Source: Eledone cirrhosa (taxonomy: Eukaryota). Taken from it: a stretch of DNA of 64,000 nt. The notes beneath the pieces were generated by a model that saw only the letters and a list, made by a program, of their open reading frames with translations, was not told the origin of the DNA and did no database searches. This document shows positions 1 through 13,356 of the stretch, in pieces; position 1 is the stretch's first letter, and each line of letters opens with the position of its first letter. The stretch spans positions 168,516,001-168,580,000 of the forward strand of contig OZ024743.1 in NCBI GenBank assembly GCA_964016885.1, given 5' to 3'. Position numbers and translations under genes: made by a program.

Positions 1-409
1 ATATAATACTATTCGACACAGCATCGCATTGTACACTTTATTATAATTAATAATAAAAACTACAAAATAAAAAAATAAATAAAAAATAATAAAAAATTAA
101 AATATAAAATAAAAAATTGAAAAATAATATAAATTAAAAAATAGAAAATAAAAAATATAGTAAAATGAAACCATACTAAATACATAGAAAATACGAAACA
201 AAAATAAAGAATAAAGCAATAAAATAATTTACAAATATGTATAAAAAAACTATACATTTATACACAAGAAATATATAAAGAAATACATATAAAACGTATT
301 AGAAATATAAAAATTAAAAAATATATAAAAAATCTCATTTCTATCTTAACTTAATTTATTCTTTATTAAAACCGATGGAGTTTTATTAAATTTAGCTATA
401 TATATGTTA

Positions 410-522
410 GATCAAATCCCGCCAAGGTTAACTTTGCCTTTCATCCTTACGGGGTCGATAAAATAAAGTACCAGTAATACACTGGTTAATTGCTGGCCTT
501 GTGCCAAAAGTAGAAACAATTA
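410..522 (+). mobile_element. tRNA-derived SINE, 5'-truncated copy
   Basis: aaatcccgccaaggttaactttgcctttcatccttacggggtcgataaaataaagtaccag...gccttgtgccaaaagtagaaacaatt matches more than 10 other copies in the window (e.g. 57710-57895). Confidence 0.8.
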
Positions 523-853
523 TTTGGTTAAAGTTTAGATATGATCGTTATTTTAATAATTACTATAATAAAAGGATTGAGATCATTTATGTGAGCAGGT
601 TGAATGTATCTTAGATTTTCTGTTAAGGATTATTAGTTTGGATTCTAGAACATAGAGACATTCAGTAAGGCAAAATGTATACCTTTTGCTTCCAGGTTCG
701 TAAGTATGAGCGACTTCAAGTATCTTCCAATTAATGGAGTACTCAGTATTTGCCTCTTTGAGGTCCCAGGGATAACCCTAAGGATATTGCGCTATTAATG
801 TTTTTTCTCTCTAAAGGATTGGTGGTGGTGCATATAATACCTAGGTTTAAAAC

Positions 854-1213
854 TGTTCGAAGTGGCCCCTATATACCAAATTTTATTCCAAATAAAGAAA
901 ATTAACAATAACATTCTAAATAAGTAATAGATAAGTAATGCCTGGTACGTAAACCTATTTACTATCACCTATTAGATAATTCTCCACTCACGCAATGTCA
1001 CTGATTTAGGGAAAAATCCTGAACACCCCTACATAACTAAAAGTCGACTCGGCGAAATGTCTATAAATAATAACTAAAGTGAACTGTCAGTAGACTGTGT
1101 ACAAGGAGTCTCATTGGTAGTTCGAAATTACGTCTGGCGAATACTTGGGTTTTACCTTCGTTCGTACATATATACTAACAAGTATAACACACAAGTATAA
1201 CGGTGACGACGAG
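854..1213 (+). mobile_element. Probable 5' LTR (left boundary uncertain) and primer-binding site of the Gypsy element
   Basis: 1141-1201 (aatacttgggttttaccttcgttcgtaca...tataac) resembles 7276-7338; followed by PBS-like ggtgacgacgag (1202-1213) just upstream of gag. Confidence 0.45.
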
Positions 1214-1281
1214 TTATTCGAAGCCTAGGTTGGACTGATTTTTTTTTTGTAAAAACGAAAAAAATAAAATAACTTCTTAAT

Positions 1282-4200
1282 ATGGAAGATTTATAGCCCA
1301 AGTGTTACAGTTGCAACAACAACAACAACAACAGTTAATAGAATGAGTTAATACTGAAGAAAACGGAAAATACGTCAAGTTTGTTTACCCCGGACGCTAT
1401 GGCGAACTCAATAGAATTCGTGTATAACCCAAATGAGGGCATTACCTTCTCAGCTTACTTCAGAAGACGGAAAGTTTCCGAAGAAGAATGCAGCGGCTAG
1501 GAAGGCGAAAAAAACCCACGACTTTTGTTGAGACAGTTGGCACCAGTCGAACATGAAAAATACTGTAACTATATATTACCGAAGAAACCAGGAGGGATCT
1601 GTTTTGAGGAAGCAGTAAATATCCAGTAAAAATCTTTTGAGAGAAAAGTTCTTTATTTAATACCCGTTGGCAGTGTGTGAATCTGGAGAAAAAAGCAGAC
1701 GAAGATTTTGTCACGTATGCCGGGATCGTAAACAACGAATGCGAAATATTTAAACTTAACGAACTAACTCCAGACATGTTTAAATGCTTAATTTTAGGGC
1801 AAGGATTAATTGCAAAGAAAGATGCGGAAATTTGTACCAGAATTCTGACAAAATTAGAGCAGAATCAGAACTTAAAATTACAGTAAATATCTGAGGAATG
1901 TCAGAGAATTATAAATCTGAGACACGATACGGAAAGAATCGAAAAGAGAGGCTGCTCTCGTATACAGTCTGTGCGACCTAAAGTAAAACACAAAAAATTA
2001 ATCCATGTTTTGGATGTGGAGGATTACACTTCAGATAACATTGTCCTTTCAAAAAAAGTGCTTCGAGTGTGCGAGAATAGGACATAAAAATCACACTGCA
2101 AAACAAAACCAAGGAATAATTATGTAAACACATTATCGGCGGGAAAAAAATTAGCGAGACTCAAAGGAAATATGTATATGTAAAAATTAACAACGTGAAT
2201 GTTAAATTACAGTCAGATACAGGTAGCGACATTACTATAATCAATGAAGATACATGGAAAGCAACCGGGAAACCTACATTAAATAAAACCTCAAATATTG
2301 CCTGTGGCGTTTTAGGGAAGAAATTATTTTTTAAAGGCGAAATAGTAAGTAACGTTACATTTTGTGGCAAAACCATAAACGCTAAAAGTATGTATTAAGA
2401 AATAGAACAAATCTTTTCGGTACTGACTGGATGGAGCTGTTCGACTTAAGGCATTTACCCATAAATATGTTTTGTAAGCATGTAATTGGGTCATCCGCCA
2501 GTTCAAATAAGGAGTCAGAAAAAAAAAAAAGAATTGAAAAGGTGGTTCTCCGCTTTTTTTTTTTTTTTTTATTTTTTTTTTTTTAATGAGTTAGGTCGTT
2601 GTACTAAAACTAAAGCTAGATTTCAAGTAAAATAAAATGTGATACCTGTATTTAAACCCAAACGTAATGTACCGTCTGCAGCATTAAATCAAGTAAACAA
2701 AGAATTAGATAGGATGGAAAAAATAAGAATGATTGAAAAAAAATGACCACGCAGAGTGGGCGGCTGCAACAGTGCGTATAAAAAAAAAATAATAATAATT
2801 CGTATGTGCGCAGCCTTTTCGACAGGACTAAATGAATGCTTAAGACCACACAGCTACCCATTGCCAAGTCCAGAGGAAACGTTTGTACAAATTTAACCAA
2901 CTTCCCTTTGGTATAAAACTTGCACCGGTTATATTCCAACTAGTTATGGATACGATGCTTGCAGACTGTGATTTCGCAATTGCATACTTGGACGACGTAT
3001 TAATTAAAAGTGAATCTCATGATCAGCATGTCAAGTGGGTTTTTTGAAAAGATAAGAGAGTATGAGTTCAAACTCAACGATGAGAAGTGCGAATTTTTCT
3101 TGCCTAGAATAAAATACCTAGGACAAATCATCGATAAAAATGGACGTCAACCAGATCCGTCGAGGGCTAGTGCAATTAAAATATGCCTTCACTGAAAAAC
3201 GTTACTATGTTACAAGCATTTCTGTGGTTTGCGAAATATTATCAAATATATATTCCGAATATGAAAAATGTAAGAGTTCCACTAAATAATTTGCTAAAAA
3301 AAGGATGTAAAGGGGAATTGGACTGGTAAGTGCAGGAGGTGTTTGAAAAAATGAAAAAACATTAACATCGGACTTATTATTAACCCAAAAATAGAAATCA
3401 TGGAGTACGTGATTGGAGCCGTAATTCTGCACAATTACGATGATGGTAGCACAAAAGTCATAGCTCATACTTCACATTCTCTACTACCAGCAGAAAAGAA
3501 TTACAGCCAAATTGAAAAAGAGGCGATAGCAATAAATTTTGCCGTGAAAATATTTCACAAGTATATTCATGGAAGTAGCTTTTCTGTACACACTGATCAC
3601 CGCCCTTTGTTGTCAATTTACGGATGAAAGAAGGGAATTCCCACCCATAGAGCAAATAGATTACAACGCTGGGGCACCATTTTATTAAATTATGATTTTA
3701 AGATGGAGTTTCTACCATGTAAAAACTTAGGACACGCTATCAGCGTTTTGGTACCTAAAAATATTGAACCATTTGAAGAAACAGTGATCGCAGCATTAAG
3801 AGCTAAAATGGAAATATGTATATCGCGTAGCGTAGTACAGGAATTACCTGTTACCTTAGAAGGAATACAATTAACAGCAGAAAACGTTTTTATTACGAAA
3901 ATGAAACGATTACTGAGAGCAGAAGAATACATAGAAATATGGTTTGCATAACGCAACCCAGATTCGAACTTGTACTCAATTTCTGACAATGTACTGATGT
4001 ATGCACAAAGAGTAGAAATACCCGTCACACTTCAAAAGCATATATTAAAAGAAATTCACATTACTCACCCTGGAATTTCAAGAATAAAATCGCGTATGAG
4101 AAGTTATGTATACTGGCCCAAAATGGACCAAGAGAATGGAAAGTTGGTAAAATCCTGCAGAGGGTGTGCTCTGGTAGCAAAATCACCAACTACTAACTTT

Positions 4201-4514
4201 CAACCTTGGCTAAAGACTGATATTCCATGGTCTAGATTACATATAGATTTCGAAGGGCCACTAAACGGAGCACATTTATTGAAGTGTTAAATAGCTTTAC
4301 TAAGTGGCCTGAAATCTGTAATGGAAAAAACCAAACTCCTCGGTTACAGTAAGTCTTTTTACACGAATTGTTTGCACGATATGGTATTACTGATATCATA
4401 GTTTCTGATAACGGGACACAATTCACTGCGTATGAATATAAAAGATTTTTAAAAGCGCCTTAAATAAAGCAAACAATGAAATAGATGATTTAGCACTTCA
4501 ACAATTCTTAAGAG
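1282..4514 (+). pseudogene. Gypsy (K02A2.6/Mag-like) gag-pol, decayed: Gag with Zn knuckles, protease, RT, RNase H, integrase N-part
   Basis: ORF fragments: protease LQSDTGSDIT; RT KCEFFLPRIKYLGQII; RNase H IGAVILH...KNYSQIEKEA...HTDHRPL; integrase HPGISRIK...YVYWPKMD...CRGC, PWSRLHIDF, SDNGTQF; many stops and frameshifts. Confidence 0.92.
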
Positions 4515-4959
4515 TTTAGCAGGAATCTCATAATAATAGTAATATCACCAAGAAGAATTATAATTATATGTATTTGTTGTATCAGGAAAGGTGTGGTTTT
4601 GTTAAACGTAAGATTAGTTAATGTTTGTGGAATTAGTCGTAAAGTCTTCGTTAACATTTTTTACATGTTTTATTCACAACTAATTACAAAGAGTTACGTT
4701 GAGTGACATAAGAAATGAATGTGGCATTGTGTCAGGCCCAAGAGGTCGACAGGCCAATGTGAAATTCTCACCGTTACATGACTGTGTGTTGACCTCTCAG
4801 AGTCCAAGCAGCAAGAGAGATTTATGAATCGTCGCGGGAATTTTTCCCTATGGGTCGGTAGTCGAGATACATTCTCTTACGCTGGCGGGAATTGGATGAA
4901 CTGAGCCAAACAACGCACGGAGAATGTATCCATGAGCCCTCGGAATGTAGGTCAATACA
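4515..4959 (-). repeat. 3' LTR of nested element
   Basis: Aligns by eye to 6377-6836; tttagcag...gtcaataca termini. Confidence 0.85.
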
Positions 4960-5199
4960 ATACCACCTATTTAGTCGCAAGACGATACATAAAATTGAAT
5001 CAGCCGGAAAAATGCTGAAAGAGAGCCCATCAATGAAAACATTGAACAAAAGAATGCATGTACGAAGAAAAATGAGGCGCTAAGGGCCGTGTTGAGCCGC
5101 TGTGTCAAATGACTAGCTGTTTTGCTATTTAAACGTGACCACTCGGGGTCTAACAGAAAACGGATAAAGTCTGACATGGGAAAAGTTGCTGTTCTTGCA

Positions 5200-5412
5200 T
5201 TAAATGTTAGCTTTTATGGTAAATGTTGTACCAGAGTTGTGGATGAAGCTGTTATGGTAGTTTACCAGTAGCTGTTGTCAATGATGGTGCTGTTCATGCT
5301 TTACCAGAGCTGTATAGCTGTTATGGTAAGTGTTATACCAAAGCTGTTATGGTAAATGTTATACCAGAGCTGTATAGCTGGAGCTGTTATAGTAAATGTT
5401 GTAGCAGAGCTG
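5200..5412. repeat. Degenerate tandem repeat (gctgttatggtaaatgttataccagagctgtata-like)
   Basis: Repeated gctgttatggta / taccagagc units. Confidence 0.7.
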
Positions 5413-6376
5413 GCAAGAAGATGATGGGTAGGCGAGAAATTGTCGGCCTCCCAGATGAATTGCCGGAAGTTCTAGGCAGCAGGGAAAAAATGGCTAGTTG
5501 CTTTGAAAAGAAAAAAAAAACAAGTTGAATCTGTAGGTGGGTAGTAGTTGAAGCGGTAATTCTATAGTTCAGGCGAATCCATAGGAGAAATGGTGGAAAT
5601 GCTGACAGGTCCAGTTCCATTTGTTGTTTTCCCAGTGAGTTGAGTAAAGTAACCAGATGGAGGTTGTTACGCTTGAAGATCATTTACTATAGACAACAAC
5701 ATGTTTGTGTGTGACAAAGAAATGTGTGTGCATATGCAGGCATGTAATACAGCAAAGAAAATGTGTGTGTGCAGTCATGTATACAATGATAGAGAAATTA
5801 AATGAATTTTCATATAATACAGTTTAAAAGAAATAACTGTCCAAACATTGCCTGTAAAAAGGAGAAAGAAAGAATTGTTTTTCAACAAAAAAGTTCACTT
5901 TTTCTTTTCTTTGAAATTTCTTTGGGATAATTGTTGCTCTTACTAGGAAGCTAATAGAATTGTTGTTGTTGTTGTTGCTATCGAAGCGAAGTCACAGTAA
6001 ATCTTCAGTAGAATCGAAGTCGAATTCACCATGCGTTGTTTATGGTTAGTGGTTAACCAATGTTGTCGCTGCTGCTGATGGCGCCGAAGTTGTCATTGTA
6101 GCCGTGTCGAAGCTGTGGTCGTCACCGTAGTCGTAATTGTGTTACCAGAAGCTGTAGGTGACTGCTATCCGTTGTGGTGGTAGTTGCGGCGGTATAACTA
6201 CAAAGGTGTCACTCTGCGTCAGTTGCTGCTGATGCCTGGTAGTAGAGAAGTACTTCGTGATAGCCATGTTGAAAATATTCTCCTCGTTTTGAAATTATTT
6301 TGAAATACTGCTAATTTTTTATTTTATTTTAAGGGAGTATTTCGTACTTAAATACTCCTTCGTCGGGGATCACCAC

Positions 6377-6836
6377 TTTAGCAGATAAATATAATAGGAA
6401 TATCACCAAGAATATAATATGATGAGATGTATTTGTTGTAACAGGAAAAGTGTGGTTTTGTTAAGCGTGAGATTAGTGAATGCTTGTGGAATTAGTCGTA
6501 AAGTCTTCGTTAACATTTTTTACATGTTTTATTCACAACTAATTACAAAGAGTTACGTTGAGTGACATGTCAAAGTAAAGAACAAATATTATTAAGAGTT
6601 AAGAAGTGAATGTGGCATTGTGCCAGGCCAAAGGAGGCCGACAGGCCAAAGTGAAATTCTCACTGTTACATGACTGTGTTGACCTTTCAGAGTCCAAGCA
6701 GCAAGAGAGAAATTTATGAATCGCCACGGGAATTTTTCCCTCTGGGGCGGAAGTCGAGATACATTCTCCTACGCTGACTGAGCCAAACAACACACGGAGA
6801 ATGTATCCATGAGCCCTCGGAATGTAGGTCACTACA
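6377..6836 (-). repeat. 5' LTR of nested element
   Basis: Adjacent to PBS at 6361-6375; tttagcag...gtcactaca termini. Confidence 0.85.
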
Positions 6837-7338
6837 AGAGTATACCGGGTAACGCCTAATCTTAAAACCCCTGCGAAATTGATGTTCGCAAAGAAGATTA
6901 AGTCAGCGTTTGGCAAATTGTTACTGGTCGAAAAAGGAAAATATCGCATAACAAAAATAATACAAACATTTTCAAAATTGGCGACAAAGTGTTTTATAGA
7001 ATGTATAAAAATTATTAACAAAATATGGGAAGACGACGTGATAAGTAAACAAATTGGAAAAATGTTGTATATGGTAAAAGGTCGCAAATGGGAACAAAAG
7101 AGACATATAAATCAGTTTTTAAAAAATGTTTGCGGAAGAAAGGGTCATGAGAAATGAACCAATGGAAGTGTTATATGATAATTTCCATGTGCTAACCCCC
7201 AAAGAAATCGTTGAACCTACACGTACAAGGAAAAAGAAACGTACGGAATTAAGTTCCGAGCGGAGCTTAGTTCTCAATACTATGGTTTGACCTTCGTTCG
7301 TACAGGTACACTAACAGATGTAACGCCCCATTATAACA
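6837..7338 (+). pseudogene. Gypsy integrase C-terminus and truncated 3' LTR remnant
   Basis: Removing the insert restores QQFLRVYRVTPN...PAKLMFAKKIKSAFGKLL; 7276-7338 resembles the 5' LTR end and finishes tataaca. Confidence 0.8.
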
Positions 7339-7680
7339 GTCGCACAACAGATATCACTTTAACTGTACAAGAAAAATAACTAATAACGTTGTAAATAGAT
7401 AATAGTAATGGCGCAAGAATTGTAATGCAACGTATAGTTTTGCACGGTAATGTACAAAAAAAAGAAGGATTTTTCAATCAAACTGCTTGCTCTACGCTCA
7501 CAGTTTTGATACCGTACTTATTCTTGAAATCATTTGAAATTGGTAAACTTTATTCTTTCTCACTTTCCTGAGGATATGCGAATGATAGGAATTATGTATG
7601 GTGTAGATAAGTGATAAGTAATCAGTTCCAGTTGTTCTGCATATGTGTGCACCATTGTAACCGTATTGAGCGGACGTAGA

Positions 7681-7723
7681 AATAAAGAATTAATGTAAGT
7701 TGCTAACCTTGGGTTTTTGTCAT

Positions 7724-7770
<47 letters not shown>

Positions 7771-8192
7771 GTTTGCATATGTATAATAAAGCCCAAACAA
7801 TGCAGGTATGGACACAGAATAAAGAATGCAATTGCAAAAGATATTGTTGACAATTATTCTTTTACCTTAGATTTATTTAAATGTCCTTAATTTTCGAGAT
7901 AATATCTCTTCTTCGGAGGGAAGTAAAGCGGTTAAACCAGTGTTCTAAATAGCTGGCAAGCTGTTTAGAACACTGGTTTAACCGCTTTACTTCCCTCCGA
8001 AGAAGAGATATTATCTCGAAAATTAAGGACATTTAAATAAATCTAAGGTAAAAGAATAATTGTCAACAATATCTTTTGCATTCTTTATTCTTTATTCTAT
8101 GTCCATACCTACATTGTTTTAGGTTGATTATACATATACAAACGTTTATACCTCATTACACAATGCTTCAAGTGAACTATAACTTTCTCCAC

Positions 8193-8226
<34 letters not shown>

Positions 8227-8275
8227 TCAATGTGACAAAAAGCCAAGATTAGCAACTTACATTAATTCTTTTATT
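7681..8275. repeat. Long foldback (palindrome) centred near 7956, carrying mirrored hammerhead-like motifs
   Basis: Near-perfect reverse-complement arms, e.g. aagcggttaaaccagtgttctaaa / tttagaacactggtttaaccgctt; CCGAAGA-gagat/atctc-GAAA at 7997-8021. Confidence 0.9.
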
Positions 8276-8284
8276 AATAATACT

Positions 8285-8452
8285 TGTTTCTAATTTTGGC
8301 ACAAGGCCAGCAATTATCCCAGTGTATTATTGGCACTTTATTTTATCGACCCCGTAAGGATGAAAGGCAAAGGCAAAGTTAACTTCGGCTGGATTTGAAC
8401 TGAGACTGTAAAGGGATGTAACTCTATGCTACAAAGCATGGTGTCTGACCCT
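8285..8452 (-). mobile_element. tRNA-derived SINE
   Basis: Same family as 57710-57895. Confidence 0.8.
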
Positions 8453-8479
8453 AATAATAATAATAATAATACAAGGACG

Positions 8480-9090
8480 ATTTCTTAAGCCTTCATTGCG
8501 TTTATTGATTGGTGACGCGCGTTTCCCTATTGTTCAGAGAAATTCAGCCTGTAATTCCCAGGTAAACGCCTGTCTGAAAACAGCCAATCTCTGGCCTCAC
8601 TTTCAGCGACTGAACCTTACAACCAATATGCACTTGACTGGTGATGAAGGTGTCAGTGAGTTTGTCATCCAACTACTTAAATTGGGAAATGGCTACTTGA
8701 AAAGAACTCCTACGACCAGATTCAGTTGTCATTTGGCCATATCATTGAAACAGAACACAAACGTATTTCCAGAGTGTTTCCAAACATTCATATAAAACAA
8801 TGTGATCCCAAATATCTCTGGGAACGAGTAATCTTAGCACCGAAAAATGTTGCTGTGAAAATAAATCAACTGAAGTTTGCTGGACTTGTTACGGGGAGAG
8901 AAAAGATGCTAGAAATCAGTTGACACAATTACTTCCCAAGACCAGGTTGAAATTCCAATTGAATTTATTTGAACAGTCTTGAACTAGCAAGAATTTTTCC
9001 ACACAACCTGATACGGAAGCTTAGAGCATGAGTTATGGTACTTTGTAATCTGTATCCATCAAAACATTGTAATGGCACAAGACTCATCAT
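8480..9090 (+). pseudogene. Helitron PIF1-like helicase fragment
   Basis: Similar to 32560-33100 ([35 protein letters not shown]); frameshifted. Confidence 0.85.
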
Positions 9091-9237
9091 TATCGTAAGC
9101 AATATCGTAATTCCTCGTTCAATGACAATAGATATTAATTCCTTAGTCATATAGTTTGTAAGGAATTCTGAAGCTGCAATTTTACTGCATAGTGTTACTT
9201 TGGAAGAATATACAGAGATTCCTAGGTACCTCTGCTA

Positions 9238-9574
9238 TGTAAGGTAGTATAAGTGAGATCTTTTATGGTAGCTAGCTCGACCTGTTTGAAATAGCAGCCA
9301 CATTTGTTTCAAAGCCACCTTCCGACTCACCTCTATCGGCACAGAGTTGGCTACCAGCAGGTGTGAGCCTCGCAAGCTGGTATGGGTTTTCCAGCGCATC
9401 TCCCTCACCATTCTCCAGGGAAACGCTTCTATTCTCTCCACCGGAGCCGTGAGGTGGCCAGTGCGTGGGCCCCCATTTGCTCATAATAGTGAGATACGGA
9501 GATGGTGGGACAGGCGGAGGCAGTGACAGTGAGATTTTGGTTCCTGGTGTATATATTTATTTACCACAGTTACA
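9238..9574. mobile_element. Possible solo LTR
   Basis: GC-richer island bounded by TGTAA...TTACA; no TSD seen. Confidence 0.3.
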
Positions 9575-10707
9575 TTTAAATAAAATATCCTAAATTACAG
9601 AAATGAGTCAGTAAATGCTTCATTCATAAACCAATGCTAAATCTATTTTTTATTTCATTTCATGTATGGTTTTTTTAATAGCCTTCAAATGTTTGAATTT
9701 CAGACGTTCTGATATTATGCAAAAAAAAAAAAAAAAAGGATGAATAAAAGAAAATCTAAATGGATAATATGAAATAATTATAATTATTTATTTAATTCTA
9801 TAATATATTTTAAGAACATGGAAGTATTTATAATATTTAGGTGAGAATTATAAATTAATGAATTAAATTGAGAACTATTAATTTATTAAAGCAATATAAT
9901 ATGGGAAAGATACCCTGTATTTATATATACGATTGGATACGATACATTATGATGAGTGCAGTTATAAATATAATGTATTGTAGTATAAGACATTATTGTA
10001 TATCGTTATTAAAAAAATTTATTTAGTGCATAGATAATTATGCGTGAATATAGATCTTATTTAAGTATATATAATTATGAAAGAGCGTAAGATATGTCGA
10101 GCGATGATATATATGCATTTTCTATATATACCTTAAGAATGTGAAAATAATTATATTTTTTAAAGTGAAGATGTATAATATTATGTATAATCTTTTATTT
10201 TATAAGGTTAGATATATAAATTTAAACATCTATGTACCATTTGAATGTCTCGTATATGTGAATTGTAAACAAACTATTATTAAGGGAAAGATAACTCTAG
10301 TGTTTAGTAATTTAAGGAATGCAAATTATTTATGGATATATTGTTTGATCTAATGTTTAACCTAATAATTAATTATAATGTATACTATAATTTATATTAT
10401 AATTATTTATTTATTTCTATACCCATGTAAATATGTTTGGGTGTATATATGCATATTTCTATAAATAATCCTAAATAAACTTTAACATTTTTTTTTTCAA
10501 ATTAAATAGCAAACCCTTTAAAAAAAATAATTTAGATAAATATTTAAAATCTATCTAGCGTCAAAACTTAACGGTCCTTTTCAGTTTTAAGGTTATCCTC
10601 ATTAGCATATTTATCCTGAGTTTTGAAAAATTATATTCACTATGCTCAATGAAGTTATAACATGAAGTTCACATGAAGATATGTTACTATCTTTACACCA
10701 ATTATTC

Positions 10708-10768
10708 TATTTTATCTGACGAAAGCATACTAAAATATTAGTACCCTTGAAATATGTATAATAAAATA
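10708..10768 (+). ncRNA. Type I hammerhead ribozyme-like motif
   Basis: tattttat CTGACGA aagcatact...agtaccctt GAAA tatgtata ataaaata; same family as 43744-43808 and 38945-39010. Confidence 0.65.
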
Positions 10769-10822
10769 AATATGGTTTTATGCAGATGGGTAAATCTGCG
10801 GGTAACAGAATCAGGTGGTAAT

Positions 10823-10848
10823 GAGAGAGAGAGAGAGAGAAAGAGAGA

Positions 10849-10925
<77 letters not shown>
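10823..10925. repeat. (GA)n microsatellite
   Basis: Direct. Confidence 0.95.
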
Positions 10926-10928
<3 letters not shown>

Positions 10929-11064
10929 TAAGAGGAAATGTATGAGACGTAGAGGATGTAGGAGAAAGAGTGTAAAAATAATAACGCACACGATAAACAA
11001 CAAAGGCAAGGTGTTGTCCCACTCCGACTAAAAAATTTCCCCTCGGAAAATATATATAAAAACA

Positions 11065-11098
<34 letters not shown>

Positions 11099-12549
11099 CA
11101 TATATCTATACATATATATATACATATATATATATATATACATACATATACGTGTTTTGCAACGGGTCACTTTGTGGCTCAATGAAAAGTTAATAAATTA
11201 AATAATCAGAGCTATATATCATAAAACATGTCTATAGAATCACCAGATAAAATATATACCATTTCCTCTCCCAATTAGCATAATTAACTATATAAAAAAT
11301 CGAATAGACCAGGCTATAAGAATAAGGCTTCTATGAAGAAATCTCCAACCGAAACTAGCCCTTCGCGTCGGCCGCGACGGAATATTTATCGAATATTTCG
11401 ACAGCGTAATCACCCAGATACAGGAGGAAGGCAGGAAAAAGAAAGAAAGAAAGGAAGAAAGAAAGCAAAAAGAAAAATAAGAAAAAATAAATAAATACAT
11501 ACATAAATATTTAAATGAATAAAAATAAATAAAAGGAAGAAGAAAGGAGAAATAACGACAACAGAGAGGGAACATAAAATATATGTTACGATATATACAA
11601 AATATTAGGTCAATTGAGGCAACCAATCAATTACCATAAACCATTGAATATCTCTTGTATTTGATTTTGGTTAAGCTAATTATACTTATATATTATATCA
11701 AAATTAGTCAACATACATTACTATTTTTAGCCGTCACATAATTGGTTTAATTAAAAATTTATATAATTTAATTTAACTCATTATAGATTATAATTTAGTT
11801 TCAGTAATATATTCCTTAAGTATTTTGTTACAACTTTTTTATCTTTAAAACAAATTAAAATAATTATTAAACATCCATTTAGAATATATATTAAAATACA
11901 TGCATATCTCACCATCAATATATATAATATATTAAGATCATTTTTTAGCCGAATTATATTATTTAAATAGGTTATTTACTTTATAAAATCATTTCCATTC
12001 ATTAATTATCATATAATTACAGGATTAAATTGCTGTTATATTTAATCTCAAAAGTTTTATTCCGTTAATTTATATTTACTTCTGTGATTATATATTATAG
12101 TTTCCTTTTAAAGATATTCTTATATTATTAAACTACATAATTTATGTCAAATATAATTTAGTAAGCTATTCAAACAGAATAAAAATATTTACGAAGAATG
12201 TAAACAAAAGGAAGATAACTCATTCACCATATGTGAACATTTAAATACTATGAAATCTAGTGATAATTCTAAACCATAAATCAACAATTGTCAAGTTAAA
12301 TATTGAACTGTCCTAAACACAGCATAGGATACAAAGACTCTTAATGAAATTATTCTAATAGATAAAACATCAATAAATTATTACCCCAGTAAGGCAAAAA
12401 CTTAAATATATATTTTATAAAATTATTATTAATTGTCAATAATTTTTCGAAACTTGTACAATGCCTGGAATGTTTTACCGAATTTATGTTGGCAGCTGCT
12501 AAATAACTCATTTTTCTTGTTAATTAAATTGTCATAATTTATAATTATC

Positions 12550-13180
12550 AATAGAGTCTCAAGATTGCAAAGATTGCAATTTAGCGAAATGGAAGCGTTC
12601 CGATAGGAATTGGCATTTTTTAACCGTCTCCAAGAGAGATGGAGTATTTAATATTATTGTCCTTCAAAGACCATATTAATTGTGAGAGTAAGGTTGAACA
12701 TTTTTTATCTGGTTTAGAAAAGGAGTTTTTTATGATTGTACCAACGAACCTTAAATTTAGATGAAGTGGCACCAATGTAGTTATATATATTATTATTTGT
12801 CTTAATGGTACTTAATTTTTAAAAAGTTCTATAATTATTTTCTTTACTCTATTTAATTGGCTATTATTATGTTTTTCTACAATAACTAATATGTCGTCTC
12901 CACCGATAATCTCCGGCAGTTTTCTATTTATCATGTTAAGAATGAAAATTGCCACAAGATCGGTAACTTGTGCCAAATCCGACGAACCCATAGTAATGTC
13001 AAAGTTCTTCTGCCTATCAGATCTAGTTCAAAAATCATTATTAAAAATCTATCAATGTTCGCCTTGCAGTTAGAATAATGTGTATCTCATCACTAGATAG
13101 ATCTGTGTGATTATATGCATATGAAAGCGCCTTATTTAATAGGTTAGGAATTATCGATGAATAATAACTCGCAAATCATT
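12550..13180 (-). pseudogene. Decayed, internally deleted PLE (RT plus GIY-YIG fragments)
   Basis: Minus strand NFDITMGSSDLAQVTDLV (12950-13010, matches 35584) and YIGATSSKFKVRWYNHK (12730-12785). Confidence 0.75.
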
Positions 13181-13182
13181 TA

Positions 13183-13243
13183 TTTTATCTGAGGAGGACG
13201 TAATGAAAAAACAACACAGAACCTTCGAAATATAAATAATAAA
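13183..13243 (+). ncRNA. Degenerate hammerhead-like motif
   Basis: tttat CTGAGGA ... ccttc GAAA tataaata ataaa; weak stem II. Confidence 0.45.
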
Positions 13244-13288
13244 GCATATATGTTTATTATGAGAACATCTTCATTTGTTAATATTTTG

Positions 13289-13354
<66 letters not shown>

Positions 13355-13356
<2 letters not shown>

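Larger units (their letters stand above)
4515..6836 (-). mobile_element. Nested non-autonomous LTR retroelement (two LTRs, PBS, degenerate gag-like interior) inserted in the Gypsy integrase
   Basis: Direct repeats 4515-4959 and 6377-6836; TSD agag at 4511-4514 and 6837-6840; PBS-like tggtgatccccgacg on the minus strand at 6361-6375; no pol motifs seen inside. Confidence 0.88.

Noticed and set aside
5200-5412. CRISPR-like repeat array
   Set aside because: Degenerate tandem repeat without unique spacers or cas genes, in eukaryotic LTR-element DNA
7169-7338. Solo LTR bounded by TGTTATA...TATAACA
   Set aside because: No TSD, and the left part reads as the basic integrase tail; only the right part resembles the 5' LTR
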